A program made the translations under genes and the position numbers. Below the pieces are notes generated by a model. That model did not search any database, was not told the origin of the DNA, and saw nothing but the letters and a program-made list of their open reading frames with translations. A stretch of 64,000 nt of DNA. It comes from Methanocaldococcus indicus. Lineage in GTDB: Archaea; AGJL01; Methanococci; Methanococcales; Methanocaldococcaceae. Where the stretch lies: contig NZ_CP186926.1 of the NCBI RefSeq assembly GCF_049554935.1, positions 896,001 to 960,000 on the forward strand, read 5' to 3'. Positions 19,940-31,706 of this stretch are shown here, in pieces (the stretch's first letter is position 1; every line of letters begins with the position of its first letter).

Positions 19940-20709
19940 TTTATCCCTTTTATAACATATCTTACTCTTTTTCCAACAGTAAAGTTATCTACTTCTACTG
20001 TATAGTATTCTTTCATTTTGTTTATAATTAATTCTCTTCTCTTTTCTGGTTTTTTAGGGAGCATTATGGATATTAGTCCCTTATCTAAATAGTTATAGCT
20101 TTCATCTATAAGTTTATAACAAAAGAGTTCCCCAAACTTTCCTCCACCAATTAATTCATGTGTCTTTGCAAGAGCCCCTCCAAACCTCTTTTTTGAAGGA
20201 ACTGAATTATCTGAATAAAATGGAGGATAACAAATAATTAAATTAAACTTTCTATTTTTTAGCTCATCTAAATTCAATATTTCTCCATTGGATTTTATAA
20301 TTTCTATGTTTAGATTATTCTTAATAAAGTTATTTTTTGCTAAATTATAGAGTGTTTCATCTATTTCAGTTGTAACTACTTCTGAACTTGAATATAACTT
20401 TTTAATTAAAAGAGCTATTACTCCTGAGCCAGTTCCAACTTCTAAAACTTTTGGATTCTTTATATTTAATTTATTTAAAGTTTCAAAAGAACTCTTAACA
20501 AATAAGTATCTACTTAAAACAGCTGGAATTAAATGTTCTCTACTAAAATCAACATCTAAATTGAATAGATGTTTTAAAATAGCTTTATTATACTCAATTA
20601 AAGCATCCTTATTTTTAAAATCTATTTTGTATTTATTATTTTCATAAAACACATATTTTTTCAAATTAGGATTTATCTTTATTGCATCCTCTATTTTTAA
20701 TCCTTCCAT
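19936..20709 (-). CDS. RlmF/METTL16-like SAM-dependent methyltransferase
   Basis: LEVGTGSG and CYPPFY motifs. Confidence 0.8.
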   Translation of the reverse strand: MEGLKIEDAIKINPNLKKYVFYENNKYKIDFKNKDALIEYNKAILKHLFNLDVDFSREHLIPAVLSRYLFVKSSFETLNKLNIKNPKVLEVGTGSGVIALLIKKLYSSSEVVTTEIDETLYNLAKNNFIKNNLNIEIIKSNGEILNLDELKNRKFNLIICYPPFYSDNSVPSKKRFGGALAKTHELIGGGKFGELFCYKLIDESYNYLDKGLISIMLPKKPEKRRELIINKMKEYYTVEVDNFTVGKRVRYVIKGIK

Positions 20710-20751
20710 AGTTCTATCCCAAAAAATAGAAAATAAAAAATTAAAAAGGAT

Positions 20752-22932
20752 TTATTCAGTTTTTAGTCCTTTTCTTTCTCTAATTTCTTTAATTAATTTT
20801 TCTTGTAGTTCTCTTGGGACTCTTTCATATCCAGCAAATTCAGTACTCCATAAACATCTTCCTTGTGTAGCTCCTCTAATTGCTCCTGCAAATCCAAACA
20901 TCTCTGCTATTGGACACTTAGCTTTTATAATAGCCATATCTCCCTCTTGTTCCATATCTAATATTTGCCCTCTTCTGTTGGAGATTTCTCTCATTGCTGC
21001 TCCCATATAATCTTGAGGAGTGTTTATGAATACTAATTGCATTGGCTCTAATAATACTGGTTTAGCTTGCATCATAGCCTCTCTAATACCAAATCTCATA
21101 GCTGGAATCATTTGTGCTGGACCTCTGTGTATAGCATCTTCGTGTAATACTAAATCCATTATTTTGACTTTAACTCCTTGACATTTTTCAGCTGCTAATG
21201 GTCCATTTCTCATAGCTTCTTTAAATCCTTGTATTAATAATTCTTTAACTTCATCAAAATGAACAATACCTCTTGTCATATTAACTAATACATTACCTTC
21301 ATATATACAGATAACTCTTTTAGCTTCTTCTGGGTCCATTCCTGCTTTTATTAATTCTTGGACAACTTTATCATCTAATTTTCTCTTACTGTCAATATCT
21401 GGAATTTTACCTTCTTTGTATGCCTTTAAAACTCCTTCTTCTAATGGTTCAACCATTAAATAAATCTTGTTGTGTTTGTTTGGAGATTTACTTTCAATTA
21501 TTGGAGATTTGTCTGTAACTGTCTCTCTATATACAACTATTGGTTGCCCAACAACAACTGGAATTCCAGCATCTCTCTCAATTTTTAATTTTGTTAATAT
21601 TTCAATATGTAACTCTCCCATACCACTTAATAAGTGTTCTCCTGTCTCTTCATTAATTTCTACTCTTGCAGTTGGGTCTTCTCTTGCTATCTGTCTTAGG
21701 ACTTCTATTAATTTTGGTAAATCTTTTGTGTTTTTAGCTTCAATAGCAACTGTAATAACTGGCTCACTGATGTGTGTTATTGCTTCAAATGGCTCAATTA
21801 TCTTGTTTGGAGAACATATAGTTTCTCCAGCAGATGCTTCTTTTAAACCAACTAATGCACAAATATTACCTGCTGAAATACTTTCAACTGGGATTCTTTC
21901 TGGCCCCATAAAGACAGATACTTGCTGAACTTTTGCTTTTTGTTGTGCATTAACTAAATATACTTCTTGTCCTTGTCTAACTCTTCCACTAAATAATCTA
22001 CAAACTGAAATAGCTCCTGCATGTTTGTCCATAATTATTTTTGTTACTACTCCTGCTAATGGTCCATTAGGGTCACAGTTTAACATTGCCTGACCAACAT
22101 CTGAATTAATATCTCCTTTCCATAAGTGTGGAATTCTATACTTTTGAGCCTCTGGAGGACTTGGAAGGTGTTTTATAACCATATCTAAGACAACTTCATG
22201 TAGAGGAGCTTTTTCTGCAAGTTCTTTTTGTCTATCTTCTTCACAATACTTTATTATGTCTTTAAATGTTATTCCACTCTTTTGCATATATGGAACTGAT
22301 ATAGCCCAATTGTGATATGCTGAACCAAATGCAACACTTCCATCTTCTACTCTTACTAACCATTTATCTTTAAACTCTTCTGGAGCCATTTTTCTAATTA
22401 AGTTGTTTATCTCAGAAATAATTTTAATAAATCTTTGTTGTAGTTCTTCAGGAGTTAATTTTAATTCATTGATTAATCTATCTACTTTATTTATAAATAA
22501 GACTGGTTTAACTCTTTCTCTTAGAGCTTGTCTTAAAACAGTTTCTGTTTGTGGCATCACTCCTTCTACTGCACAAACAACAACAATAGCCCCATCAATT
22601 GCTCTCATTGCTCTTGTAACGTCTCCACCAAAATCAACGTGTCCAGGTGTATCAATTAAATTAATTAAGTAATCTTTACCTTCAAAGTTATGGACCATTG
22701 AAACGTTTGCAGCGAAGATGGTAATTCCTCTTTGAGCTTCTTCTTCATCAAAATCTAATGCTAATTGGTCTCCTGCTAATTCCTTTGAAATCATTCCTGC
22801 TCCAGCTAATAAGTTATCTGATAATGTTGTTTTCCCATGGTCAATGTGAGCACAAATTCCAATATTTCTTATTCTATCATACTTCTCCATCAACTCTTTA
22901 ATCTTTGCTATCATTTTTGCTCTTTTTCCCAT
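20752..22932 (-). CDS. fusA: Elongation factor EF-2
   Basis: [28 protein letters not shown] diphthamide loop. Confidence 0.98.
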   Translation of the reverse strand: MGKRAKMIAKIKELMEKYDRIRNIGICAHIDHGKTTLSDNLLAGAGMISKELAGDQLALDFDEEEAQRGITIFAANVSMVHNFEGKDYLINLIDTPGHVDFGGDVTRAMRAIDGAIVVVCAVEGVMPQTETVLRQALRERVKPVLFINKVDRLINELKLTPEELQQRFIKIISEINNLIRKMAPEEFKDKWLVRVEDGSVAFGSAYHNWAISVPYMQKSGITFKDIIKYCEEDRQKELAEKAPLHEVVLDMVIKHLPSPPEAQKYRIPHLWKGDINSDVGQAMLNCDPNGPLAGVVTKIIMDKHAGAISVCRLFSGRVRQGQEVYLVNAQQKAKVQQVSVFMGPERIPVESISAGNICALVGLKEASAGETICSPNKIIEPFEAITHISEPVITVAIEAKNTKDLPKLIEVLRQIAREDPTARVEINEETGEHLLSGMGELHIEILTKLKIERDAGIPVVVGQPIVVYRETVTDKSPIIESKSPNKHNKIYLMVEPLEEGVLKAYKEGKIPDIDSKRKLDDKVVQELIKAGMDPEEAKRVICIYEGNVLVNMTRGIVHFDEVKELLIQGFKEAMRNGPLAAEKCQGVKVKIMDLVLHEDAIHRGPAQMIPAMRFGIREAMMQAKPVLLEPMQLVFINTPQDYMGAAMREISNRRGQILDMEQEGDMAIIKAKCPIAEMFGFAGAIRGATQGRCLWSTEFAGYERVPRELQEKLIKEIRERKGLKTE

Positions 22933-23012
22933 AAATTTCACCTTTTATGAATTTTTGTAAATATTTTGATTACAGTAAATATTATTTAAAGATTAAAAAA
23001 GTTATAAAAAAT

Positions 23013-23588
23013 TTATCTTGCAGATTCAGCAACTCTTTCAGTTTCTTCTTTCTTCTTAACAGCATAACTTTTTTGCATGTCTCCTCTTGCAGCAGCTATT
23101 AACTCATCAGCTAATGCTTCTTCAATTGGTTTTTTACTTTTATGAGCAGCATTGTATGCTCCAATAGCTATGTTTCTTAAAGCTATATCAATTCTTCTTA
23201 ATGAAGAACAATCTACTGATTGTAAGTAAATAATTCCTCCATACTGAATTCTTGTAGTGTCTTCTCTTGGTCCAGCATTTTCAATTGCATCAACTAAAAC
23301 TTGTATTGGATTTTGTTTTGTTCTCTTTTCTATAATTTCAAAAGCTTTCTCAACAATTTTTAAAGCTTTTAATTTTTTTCCAGTGTTTTCTTCTCTTCTC
23401 ATTACTTTATTTACTAATCTCTCAACAATATTCATTTTTGCTTTTTCAAATTGTCTCTTAGTGTATCTCCCAGCTGTATGTGGAACATATATTGGTGTTA
23501 AATTTATATAGTTCCTTAATCCTGGGTCTCTAACTACTACATCCTTAGTGCTCCACTTACCAAATATTTTAATTTCATCCAACTCCAT
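23013..23588 (-). CDS. rps7: 30S ribosomal protein S7
   Basis: [18 protein letters not shown]; str cluster context. Confidence 0.97.
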   Translation of the reverse strand: MELDEIKIFGKWSTKDVVVRDPGLRNYINLTPIYVPHTAGRYTKRQFEKAKMNIVERLVNKVMRREENTGKKLKALKIVEKAFEIIEKRTKQNPIQVLVDAIENAGPREDTTRIQYGGIIYLQSVDCSSLRRIDIALRNIAIGAYNAAHKSKKPIEEALADELIAAARGDMQKSYAVKKKEETERVAESAR

Positions 23589-23608
23589 ACATCTTCACCT
23601 GAAAATTT

Positions 23609-24055
23609 TTATCTTTTAATTTTTTCTTGTCTTCCTCTAACTAATTCTTTTAATGAGTTTCTACCAACCATAATAACTTTATATTTAACTCCTGGAATGT
23701 CCCCTTTAGCTCTTGGCCCTTTTGGCCCACCAATACCTTCAATAATAACCTCATCGTGCTCATCAATAAAGTTTATAGCTCCATTTCCAGGACAGAATGC
23801 TGTAACAACTCTACCATTTTTAATTAATTGAACTCTTACACATTTTCTAATTCCAGAGTTTGGCTGCTTAGCTTCTAAACCAACTTTCTCAATAACAATA
23901 CCTCTTGCCATTGGAGCTCCTTCTAATGGGTCATACTTCTCTTTCAATCTTAAAACTCTTCTAACATATTTATAATCGTGCCATCTGCACCATTTTCTTT
24001 TTAATCTTAATTTTCTTCCTGCAAATTCTCCTCTTGGTGATTTACTACCACTCAT
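23609..24055 (-). CDS. rps12: 30S ribosomal protein S12
   Basis: [17 protein letters not shown]. Confidence 0.98.
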   Translation of the reverse strand: MSGSKSPRGEFAGRKLRLKRKWCRWHDYKYVRRVLRLKEKYDPLEGAPMARGIVIEKVGLEAKQPNSGIRKCVRVQLIKNGRVVTAFCPGNGAINFIDEHDEVIIEGIGGPKGPRAKGDIPGVKYKVIMVGRNSLKELVRGRQEKIKR

Positions 24056-24128
24056 ATTTATTCACCCATTTAGTTATATTGTTTTTATACTATTCTTAAA
24101 CTTATAATACCTCATACCTAATATAAAT

Positions 24129-24638
24129 TTATTGTGTTTCAGTATTTTCTTGTGTTTTTTGAATATTATTCTGATTTTGTGGTTTATTTTGTCTTCTTCT
24201 TTGAGGCTGTTCAACTATAACTTTTATTTTTGTTATTTTTGTATGTCTTTTTAAAATATCTAATGCTCTTTTTAAGTTACTACCTCTTTCTCCAAATACA
24301 GCTCTTCTAATTCTTGGATGAATTTTTATATATGCTATAACATCTTTTCCTACTCTCTTTATCCAAATATCATTTAATCTTAATGGAGCAAATACATTTC
24401 TTACAAATTTTCTCCAATCATTTGAATATTCAATAATATCTATTTTTTTACCAAATTTTTGCTCAGCTTCTTTTACATGTTCCCCTCCTTTCCCAACAGC
24501 TGCTCCTATTTCACCTTCCTTAACTATAAATGCAATTCTATCATCAAATATGAGACAATCAATAGGATAAACTTTTGATATTTTTTCAAACATAGCCATT
24601 TTCATAATTTCTTCAGTTGTTAATCTTAACTTAGACAT
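24129..24638 (-). CDS. nusA: Archaeal NusA
   Basis: KH domains (GAAVGKGG); conserved position. Confidence 0.93.
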   Translation of the reverse strand: MSKLRLTTEEIMKMAMFEKISKVYPIDCLIFDDRIAFIVKEGEIGAAVGKGGEHVKEAEQKFGKKIDIIEYSNDWRKFVRNVFAPLRLNDIWIKRVGKDVIAYIKIHPRIRRAVFGERGSNLKRALDILKRHTKITKIKVIVEQPQRRRQNKPQNQNNIQKTQENTETQ

Positions 24639-24944
24639 TTATTCATCACCTTTTAATATATCCATTATGTTTGAGAGTCCTTCATCTATAACAACAAGAG
24701 CAGCCACTGGGAAAGGTTTTCCACAGACAGCCCCTAATTCCAAAGATGTTATTTTATGTTTATAGACAGGAATGTTTGAAAGTTTTGCATAGTATGTTAC
24801 ATCTTCTTCAATTTCTTTTGGAATTTTGTCAGCCAAGATAACTAATTTTCCTTCCCCAAGTTTTATGTGTTTTATTGTGTTTTTTGTACCTAAGATAACT
24901 TTACCTGTATCAACAGCAGTCCTAATAGCTTTGTTTATATCCAT
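24639..24944 (-). CDS. rpl30e: 50S ribosomal protein L30e
   Basis: [18 protein letters not shown]. Confidence 0.96.
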   Translation of the reverse strand: MDINKAIRTAVDTGKVILGTKNTIKHIKLGEGKLVILADKIPKEIEEDVTYYAKLSNIPVYKHKITSLELGAVCGKPFPVAALVVIDEGLSNIMDILKGDE

Positions 24945-24977
24945 TATTTTCCCCTCCTTCTCATTTTTTACTCCAGA

Positions 24978-25001
24978 GGGATATTAATGATATAATATCC
25001 C
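24978..25001. promoter_or_regulatory. Perfect 9-bp inverted repeat next to the TATA box of the rpl30e operon
   Basis: GGGATATTA-atgata-TAATATCCC; minus-strand TTTATAT at about 25005-25012. Confidence 0.45.
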
Positions 25002-25115
25002 CAAATATAAATGTTTGATTTTGATAAAAATAGTTCTATTGTTATATTACCTAATAATATATTATAGAAACTTAAAATAAAAATAAAAAATATTATTTAA
25101 ATAGTTTTCCAAATT

Positions 25116-26186
25116 TTATTTATTTGAATTTATAACTTCTAATAATCTTTTTCCAGCTTCTTCCATAGACACTTCATAAATAATTCCATTCTCTTCTAAA
25201 ATTTTTTTACCTTCTTCTTCATTAGTTCCCATCAATCTAACTGAAAACTTTATATTAGGATATTCTTTTAATACATCAACAATTCCCTTAGCTACTTCAT
25301 CACATTTTGTTATTCCTCCTAAGATGTTGATAAAGATTCCCTTTACATTTTTATTTTCTAAAACTTTTTTAAGGGCTAATTTTACTCTTTCTTCATCTGC
25401 CCCTCCACCAATATCTAAGAAACATGCAGGTTTCAATCCTAAGTTATGAATTATGTCCATACTTGCTAATGTTAAACCAGCCCCATTTCCTATAACAGCA
25501 ATATCTCCATCTAATTCAACATAGGAGAAAGGTAACTTCTCTTTATAATCTTCAAATATCTCATAGTTTTGTCTAAATGCTGCATCATCATCTAATAAGA
25601 TAACAGCATCAGCAGCATAGATTTTGTTATCCTCAGTTATAACCAATGGATTAATCTCTACTAATGTAGCATCATAATCTTTGAATATTTTATATAATTT
25701 ATAGATTATATCTGCTATTCTAAAATCAACCTTTGCCTCATTTACAATTTCTCTACACATATAAGGGAGGAAGGGTTTAGTTACATCAACATAATATTTA
25801 ATAATTTTTTCATCAGGCACATCTTCAATATCTACTCCTCCCTCAGTGGAGAAGATAATAACTGGCTTTTTCTTAGCTCTATCTATTGTTATAGACAAAT
25901 AATATTCTTCTTTAATAGGTAGTTTTTCTTCAACTAAAATCTTCTCTACTTTTTCTCCTTTTATTTCTTTTTTAAATAACTCATCTAACTTCTCTTTAAA
26001 ATTTTCTTTATTTGCAAATATAATCCCTCCAGCTTTACCTCTTCCACCAACTAAAACCTGTGCTTTTAGAACTACATCTTTATCTACTTCTTTTGGAATG
26101 TCCCACTTCTTTATTAAAAAACTTTCTGGAACTGGAATACCATACTCCTTAAAAATCTTCTTAGCTTCATATTCATGCAATTTCAT
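25116..26186 (-). CDS. sucC: Succinyl-CoA synthetase beta subunit
   Basis: LHEYEAK, KAQVLVGGRGKAGG, GNGAGL. Confidence 0.95.
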   Translation of the reverse strand: MKLHEYEAKKIFKEYGIPVPESFLIKKWDIPKEVDKDVVLKAQVLVGGRGKAGGIIFANKENFKEKLDELFKKEIKGEKVEKILVEEKLPIKEEYYLSITIDRAKKKPVIIFSTEGGVDIEDVPDEKIIKYYVDVTKPFLPYMCREIVNEAKVDFRIADIIYKLYKIFKDYDATLVEINPLVITEDNKIYAADAVILLDDDAAFRQNYEIFEDYKEKLPFSYVELDGDIAVIGNGAGLTLASMDIIHNLGLKPACFLDIGGGADEERVKLALKKVLENKNVKGIFINILGGITKCDEVAKGIVDVLKEYPNIKFSVRLMGTNEEEGKKILEENGIIYEVSMEEAGKRLLEVINSNK

Positions 26187-26276
26187 TTAATCACCAAAAA
26201 AACTATTTAATGATAAAATTATTGAATGTTGATGAAAAAATTTAACTGAAATAATAAAAACATAATTTAAATAATT

Positions 26277-27701
26277 TTATGATTTATCAGTCCCAGAAAT
26301 AACTTTCATAATTTTTGTTTTTATAGCTTCCTCTACCAACTTTCTTAATGCTTCTTTGTCAGACACTTCTTTAAATATACCTAAGGGAATAGCTGCTGCT
26401 GCTTTTGTTTGATGACCTCCCCCACCAAATGCCTTATTTAAGATTTCTCCTAAATTTAATCTTAAATCTTTTGTTCTTGCAGATATATGAATTTCATCTC
26501 CAACAATACCAAAAACAAATGTTGTATTTATACCTTCCATTTTCAATAAAAAATCAGCTGCTTGTGGTAAAGCATCTCTATTGGTTATCTCACCAACATA
26601 AGCTAATGCAATATTTCCTTTTATAACTTTTCTGTTCATTATGGCTTTTGCAATAACTTCCATTACTTCTGTTGATATTTCAGGATTTTCTATCATGTCT
26701 AATAGATTTGAGTCAATATAACTTTGAAGATAAGCAGCTGCTTCAAAATCCAATTTAGAAACTTTTTCTCTAAAATAGTGAGTATCTGACTGTATCCCAT
26801 AAAAAAGAGCTGTAGCTAAAATTCTTGAAGGTTCTATATTTAGCTCCATCAGATACTGTGTTAAAATAGATGATGTAGCACCAACATCTTTTCTTATATC
26901 AATATATTTTGCCTCTAAGTCTGTTGTATTATGGTGGTCTATTATAATATCAACTTTATCAAGCTCAATAGGTAGTTGAGCTTTTGATGAAGTATCTACA
27001 ACAGCAATTGTGCAATATTTTTTAATATCTACTTTGTTGGCATCTAACATATTTACTCCTAAAATATTGACCATAGCTCTATTTTTATCATAACCTATAA
27101 TTCCTCCATAAGCTATATCTGCTAAAACACCCCATTTTTCAGCTATATTTTTTAGAGCTAAGGCACTTGCAATAGCATCAGGGTCAGGATTTTTATGAGT
27201 TAGAATTAATAAAGATTTTTCATCATTACATTTTTTCTTACCTTCTAACAATATACTTTTTAATTTTGATAGTTTTCTTTTTAATTTTGCATTATCTATT
27301 TCATTAGCAATATCTTTTGCACCACTGTCTAATACATTAATAATCTTATCAATGTCTAAACCATCATATATATCTGGATGTTTTAATATAGCTCTTGCAA
27401 TTTTATATGATGAAGGAGATAATTCACAAACTTTTTCAGCTATTTTTCTATTAATTTCAGGAGAATTTGTTAAAATTAAAATAATATCTGCTTTATCTAT
27501 ATTGGCTTTTTTTAGTATTTCTTTATTAGTTGCATCTCCTTGTATAATCTTAATTTTTTCTTTAGAAAGTTGGTCTATATCATTATCATCAAAATTTATA
27601 TCAATTATAGTAATTAATTCTTTATCTTTAATATACTTAACAACTTTTTTTCCAAATGTTCCATATCCTATAACTACTATCATAATAATCCCAAGGAACA
27701 A
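26277..27701 (-). CDS. TrkA-N + DHH/DHHA1 phosphoesterase
   Basis: GYGTFG Rossmann fold, HKNPDPDA, IDHH, GGGH. Confidence 0.9.
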   Translation of the reverse strand: MFLGIIMIVVIGYGTFGKKVVKYIKDKELITIIDINFDDNDIDQLSKEKIKIIQGDATNKEILKKANIDKADIILILTNSPEINRKIAEKVCELSPSSYKIARAILKHPDIYDGLDIDKIINVLDSGAKDIANEIDNAKLKRKLSKLKSILLEGKKKCNDEKSLLILTHKNPDPDAIASALALKNIAEKWGVLADIAYGGIIGYDKNRAMVNILGVNMLDANKVDIKKYCTIAVVDTSSKAQLPIELDKVDIIIDHHNTTDLEAKYIDIRKDVGATSSILTQYLMELNIEPSRILATALFYGIQSDTHYFREKVSKLDFEAAAYLQSYIDSNLLDMIENPEISTEVMEVIAKAIMNRKVIKGNIALAYVGEITNRDALPQAADFLLKMEGINTTFVFGIVGDEIHISARTKDLRLNLGEILNKAFGGGGHQTKAAAAIPLGIFKEVSDKEALRKLVEEAIKTKIMKVISGTDKS

Positions 27702-27817
27702 ATAACTTTAATACTTGTAATTTAGGAATATAAGTAATGAATATATAATGATTGCTATTTTATAACCATAAACTAACAACATTACGACAAAATATTAAAA
27801 CTTTATGAGGCTTTAAT

Positions 27818-28567
27818 ATGAAAATAGCAATTGTAGGAAAAGGAGGAGTAGGAAAAACATTTTTAGCATATAACTTAATAAAATTTTTTGCAAAAGATGG
27901 TTTTAAAGTTATAGGAATAGATTGTGATAACAATCCAACACTATCATTAAAATTTGGAGTTGAAGATATAACTCCATTATCAAAAAGAGAAGATATTATA
28001 GAGGAGAGAACTGGAGCTAAGCCAAATACTTATGGGACTGTTTTTAAAATAAATCCAAAAGTAGATGATTTAGTTGATAAGGTTGGATATAAAGTAAATG
28101 ATAAAATAACTCTAATAGTTATGGGGACTATTGAAAAATCTGGACAGGGTTGTGTATGTCCTGCTTCAACTTTGTTAAGGAGATTTTTAAGACATCTAAT
28201 TTTAAAAAGAAATGAAGTGGTTATTTTAGATATGGAAGCTGGTTTAGAGCATTTTGGTAGGAAGACCTTAGAGAATATTGATATGTTAATTATAGTTGTT
28301 GAAAATACTAAAACTTCACTAATAACAGGGAAAAGAATAAAGAAATTAGCTAATGAGCTTGGAATAAAAAACATAAAAGTGGTTATTAACAAAGTTATAG
28401 ATGATGAGTTTAAAAAATTGGTTGAAGAAGAGATAGGAGAAGTTATTGGAGTAATTCCATATGATAAATCAGTTGTTATGTCAGAATTTGGTAAAAGAAT
28501 TAATAAAAAAATTGAAGAAGAACTTTTTAATATTTATAAGAAAATTAAATCTGAACTATCTCCTTAA
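27818..28567 (+). CDS. cooC: CooC-type nickel insertion ATPase
   Basis: GKGGVGKT, GCVCP, DMEAGLEHFGR. Confidence 0.9.
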   Translation: MKIAIVGKGGVGKTFLAYNLIKFFAKDGFKVIGIDCDNNPTLSLKFGVEDITPLSKREDIIEERTGAKPNTYGTVFKINPKVDDLVDKVGYKVNDKITLIVMGTIEKSGQGCVCPASTLLRRFLRHLILKRNEVVILDMEAGLEHFGRKTLENIDMLIIVVENTKTSLITGKRIKKLANELGIKNIKVVINKVIDDEFKKLVEEEIGEVIGVIPYDKSVVMSEFGKRINKKIEEELFNIYKKIKSELSP

Positions 28568-29663
28568 TAGAATTGACTACATACTCAACCTGCTCCCATT
28601 CTAATCCATAAACACTCATTTTTATCTCTTTAGTTACTCCTGGCTTTATTCCCCCAATACCTCTCTTTTTTAATTCATCATAAAAGAAGTATCCCTTTCT
28701 TTTATCTTTCTTAGCAATCTCATCTAATATTTTTGTTTCAAATAATATTAAATCATGTTCCTTAGGTTTAATTCCAAGTTGTTTAAAACCAATTTTTTCA
28801 AGTTCATCTACAACATACCTTGTTTTTTTAAGTTCTTCATCCCATTTTTTAACTCTCTCTTTCACATAATCAAAACTTGCCATTAATGTTATTAGAGGTA
28901 ACCCTCTCAAAGTGCAACCTAAGAACTCTATTTCCTTTTTTGGATATCTTTCTGATGTTTTAGCTATTAAATCATCAAATTCATCCTCATAAAATAATAT
29001 TCCAGAAGGTGCTGATGAGGCCATACTCTTATGTCCTGATGAAACAATAAGATCAGCTTTTAGTTTTTTTCCATCTACTGGCATTCTTCCAACAGTATAA
29101 GCACAATTTAGTAGGAAAGGTATCCCCTTATCTTTTGCTATCTTACCAACTTTTTTAGCATCATTTAAATTTCCAAAATTACCATCAACATGGGTTAATA
29201 GAATTAATCCAATACTTTCATTTTTATCTTCTAAATTGTCTATAACCTCCTTATATCCTTCCAAATTTATTTTATATGTTGGATACTCCTCAACATAACC
29301 AACTTCTGCAACATTTAATTTAGCTTTTTCAGCAGCAACATAACTTGTATAATGAGCATTTTTATCTAAAACAACATAGTCTCCTTCTTTACATATAGAA
29401 TGCATAACTATATATTTTCCTTCTCTTGCTCCATAAGTTAATTTAGCTCTATCCATATTAATCCATTCAGAAACATCCTCTAAGAATTTTTTTATTGGTG
29501 GATTATCTACTTCTTCTAACTTCCCTTGACAAAAATCACAAACACTATATCCATCCCAAAACTCATAAATTGCTTTTTTTGCATCAGCAGGAAGAATTCC
29601 ACCTCTTTGTATAGGATTTAGATTAATAAATTCCCTTGCTAAGTTTCTATGAAGATAGTACAT
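28545..29663 (-). CDS. pscS: Sep-tRNA:Cys-tRNA synthase
   Basis: NLNPIQRGG, GYSVCDFC, SGHKS PLP lysine, GCT. Confidence 0.93.
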   Translation of the reverse strand: MYYLHRNLAREFINLNPIQRGGILPADAKKAIYEFWDGYSVCDFCQGKLEEVDNPPIKKFLEDVSEWINMDRAKLTYGAREGKYIVMHSICKEGDYVVLDKNAHYTSYVAAEKAKLNVAEVGYVEEYPTYKINLEGYKEVIDNLEDKNESIGLILLTHVDGNFGNLNDAKKVGKIAKDKGIPFLLNCAYTVGRMPVDGKKLKADLIVSSGHKSMASSAPSGILFYEDEFDDLIAKTSERYPKKEIEFLGCTLRGLPLITLMASFDYVKERVKKWDEELKKTRYVVDELEKIGFKQLGIKPKEHDLILFETKILDEIAKKDKRKGYFFYDELKKRGIGGIKPGVTKEIKMSVYGLEWEQVEYVVNSIKEIVQI

Positions 29664-29840
29664 TTTTCCACCAAAAATATTCACATTTATTATGTTTAAG
29701 ATAAAACTTTATTGTATAATAATTTAACCAATGATATTAGTATTTTTAATACCCTCTTAGATTATTTAACTTTCTAAACTTAAAGCTTTTATTAAAATTT
29801 TCTAATAAATTATTTAAAATAAAAATTTTTGGTGAAGAAG

Positions 29841-30059
29841 ATGAAGAAATTAGATGTTAGTGGAGATATATGTCCTATTCCAGTATTAAAAACTAAAAAA
29901 GCATTAGAAGAATTAAATCCAGGGGAAGAGTTAGAAGTTGTTGGAGATTATAAACCAGCATTAGAAAATATAAAAAGATTTGTTGAAAGTCAAGGACATG
30001 AAGTTGTTAAAGCAGAAGAAACAGAAAATGGATTTAGAATAATTATAAGAAAAAAATAA
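29841..30059 (+). CDS. TusA/SirA-family sulfur carrier
   Basis: LDVSGDICPIP. Confidence 0.9.
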   Translation: MKKLDVSGDICPIPVLKTKKALEELNPGEELEVVGDYKPALENIKRFVESQGHEVVKAEETENGFRIIIRKK

Positions 30060-30078
30060 TAGTTTGGAGGGATAATGA

Positions 30079-30423
30079 ATGAAATTTACAGTTATAATTG
30101 GTTCTGCTCCTTATGGTAGAGAAAGAGCATACTCAGCTTTAAGGTTTGCTTTAACATCCTTATTGGAGGGAGTTGAAGTAAATATTTTCCTAATTGAAGA
30201 TGGAGTTTATGTAGCTAAGAAAAACCAAAATCCATCAGATGTCCCAAATTATTTAGAGTTGTTAAAAAATGCAATTGATTTAGGAGCTAATGTAAAAGTC
30301 TGTGGTCCATGTTGTAAAGCAAGAGGTTTAAGTGAAGAGGATTTAATTGAAGGAGTAAAATTAGCTACTATGCATGACTTAGTTAATTTTGTTAAAGAAA
30401 GTGATAAAGTAGTTTCATTTTAA
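30079..30423 (+). CDS. DsrE/F-like protein
   Basis: APYGRE, FLIEDGV, CGPCCKARG. Confidence 0.88.
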   Translation: MKFTVIIGSAPYGRERAYSALRFALTSLLEGVEVNIFLIEDGVYVAKKNQNPSDVPNYLELLKNAIDLGANVKVCGPCCKARGLSEEDLIEGVKLATMHDLVNFVKESDKVVSF

Positions 30424-30483
30424 CATTAAATTATTTAAAAATATTGTTAAAAAATGTTATTTAATGAAAAATTTAAATATAAT

Positions 30484-31686
30484 TTAAGCACCAAATTTTT
30501 CATTTCTATTGGTTAAATCTAATAAAATTCTCATCAAATGTTCTCCTTTAATTGTATGTAGAGAGCCCTTAGCACAAGCAAATTCATTAAACTCTTTAAC
30601 ATCATCTATTCTAACACTCTTACCCCAAATAACTATTGGAACAGGGTCTGCTGAGTGGTCTTTAACTTCTATTGGAGAAGAATGGTCTCCTGTTAGAACA
30701 AAATAAACCTCTTCTTTGTTTATGTTTGATATTACTTTTTCTAAGAGCTTATCTATTTTTTCTAAAATTTCTTTTTTCTTTGAATAGTTTCCATCATGGC
30801 TTGCTTCATCTGCTTCTTTAACATTGACTAATATAAAATCATATTTTTTTAATCCTTCTAAAATCTCATTGGCTATACTATCATAGTCTCCAACTTTACA
30901 CTCTACAACATCTAATCCAACCATTTTAGCTAAACCTTTTATTAATCCTGTCTCACAAACACATAATCCCTTCATATTATATCTTTCAGAAAATTTAGGA
31001 ACTTCTTTGTAGATTCCTACTCCTCTTGGTAAAATTATATTTGCAGGAGGTAGTCCTTTTTTAACTCTTTCTATATTTATTGGATGATTGTTAAGTTTTT
31101 CATAGACTATTTTTAATAATTTATTTAGAACTTCAGCTGTTTTTTTAGATTTTTCATCTAAACTTTCTATTTTTGGAACTTTTAAACCTTCCTTGTGAGG
31201 GTCTCCATCAGTTACTTTATCCCCTAAATTCTCTCCTCTTAACACTAATGCTCCTCTATATCCTTTTGAAGATTTAAAAATTATTTTTACTCCATCTATT
31301 TCCAAGCCATCTATTTCTTTCTCCAAAACTTTTGCTTCTTCTTCAGAAATTCTCCCAGCTCTTCTATCTTTAACTATAAAGTTTTCATCAACAGTTGCAA
31401 AGTTGCATCTAAAGGCTATATCTCCATCTTTTAAATCTATATCAACTCCTAAAGCTTCTAATGGTCCTCTTCCTGGATAGTATTTGTATGGATTATATCC
31501 CAAAATAGATAAGTGAGAGGTATCACTTCCAGGCCTTATACCAACATCAATAGAATACATCAATCCATTAATTCCTTCTTCTGCTAATTTATCCATTGTT
31601 GGAGTTTTTGCTTCTTTTAAAGGAGTTAATCCTTCTTTATTTGGTCTATCTCCAATACCATCAACTATAAAAATAACTATTTTCAT
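30484..31686 (-). CDS. apgM: 2,3-bisphosphoglycerate-independent phosphoglycerate mutase
   Basis: DGIGDRP, PGSDTSHL, DEASHDG, TGDHSSP. Confidence 0.93.
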   Translation of the reverse strand: MKIVIFIVDGIGDRPNKEGLTPLKEAKTPTMDKLAEEGINGLMYSIDVGIRPGSDTSHLSILGYNPYKYYPGRGPLEALGVDIDLKDGDIAFRCNFATVDENFIVKDRRAGRISEEEAKVLEKEIDGLEIDGVKIIFKSSKGYRGALVLRGENLGDKVTDGDPHKEGLKVPKIESLDEKSKKTAEVLNKLLKIVYEKLNNHPINIERVKKGLPPANIILPRGVGIYKEVPKFSERYNMKGLCVCETGLIKGLAKMVGLDVVECKVGDYDSIANEILEGLKKYDFILVNVKEADEASHDGNYSKKKEILEKIDKLLEKVISNINKEEVYFVLTGDHSSPIEVKDHSADPVPIVIWGKSVRIDDVKEFNEFACAKGSLHTIKGEHLMRILLDLTNRNEKFGA

Positions 31687-31706
31687 ATATATAACCTCAT
31701 AAAGTT

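Noticed and set aside
21467-22672. Plus-strand ORFs within fusA, and similar antisense ORFs elsewhere (e.g. 38529-39071, 41050-41535, 59374-59772)
   Set aside because: Antisense shadows of well-supported genes with no recognisable motifs
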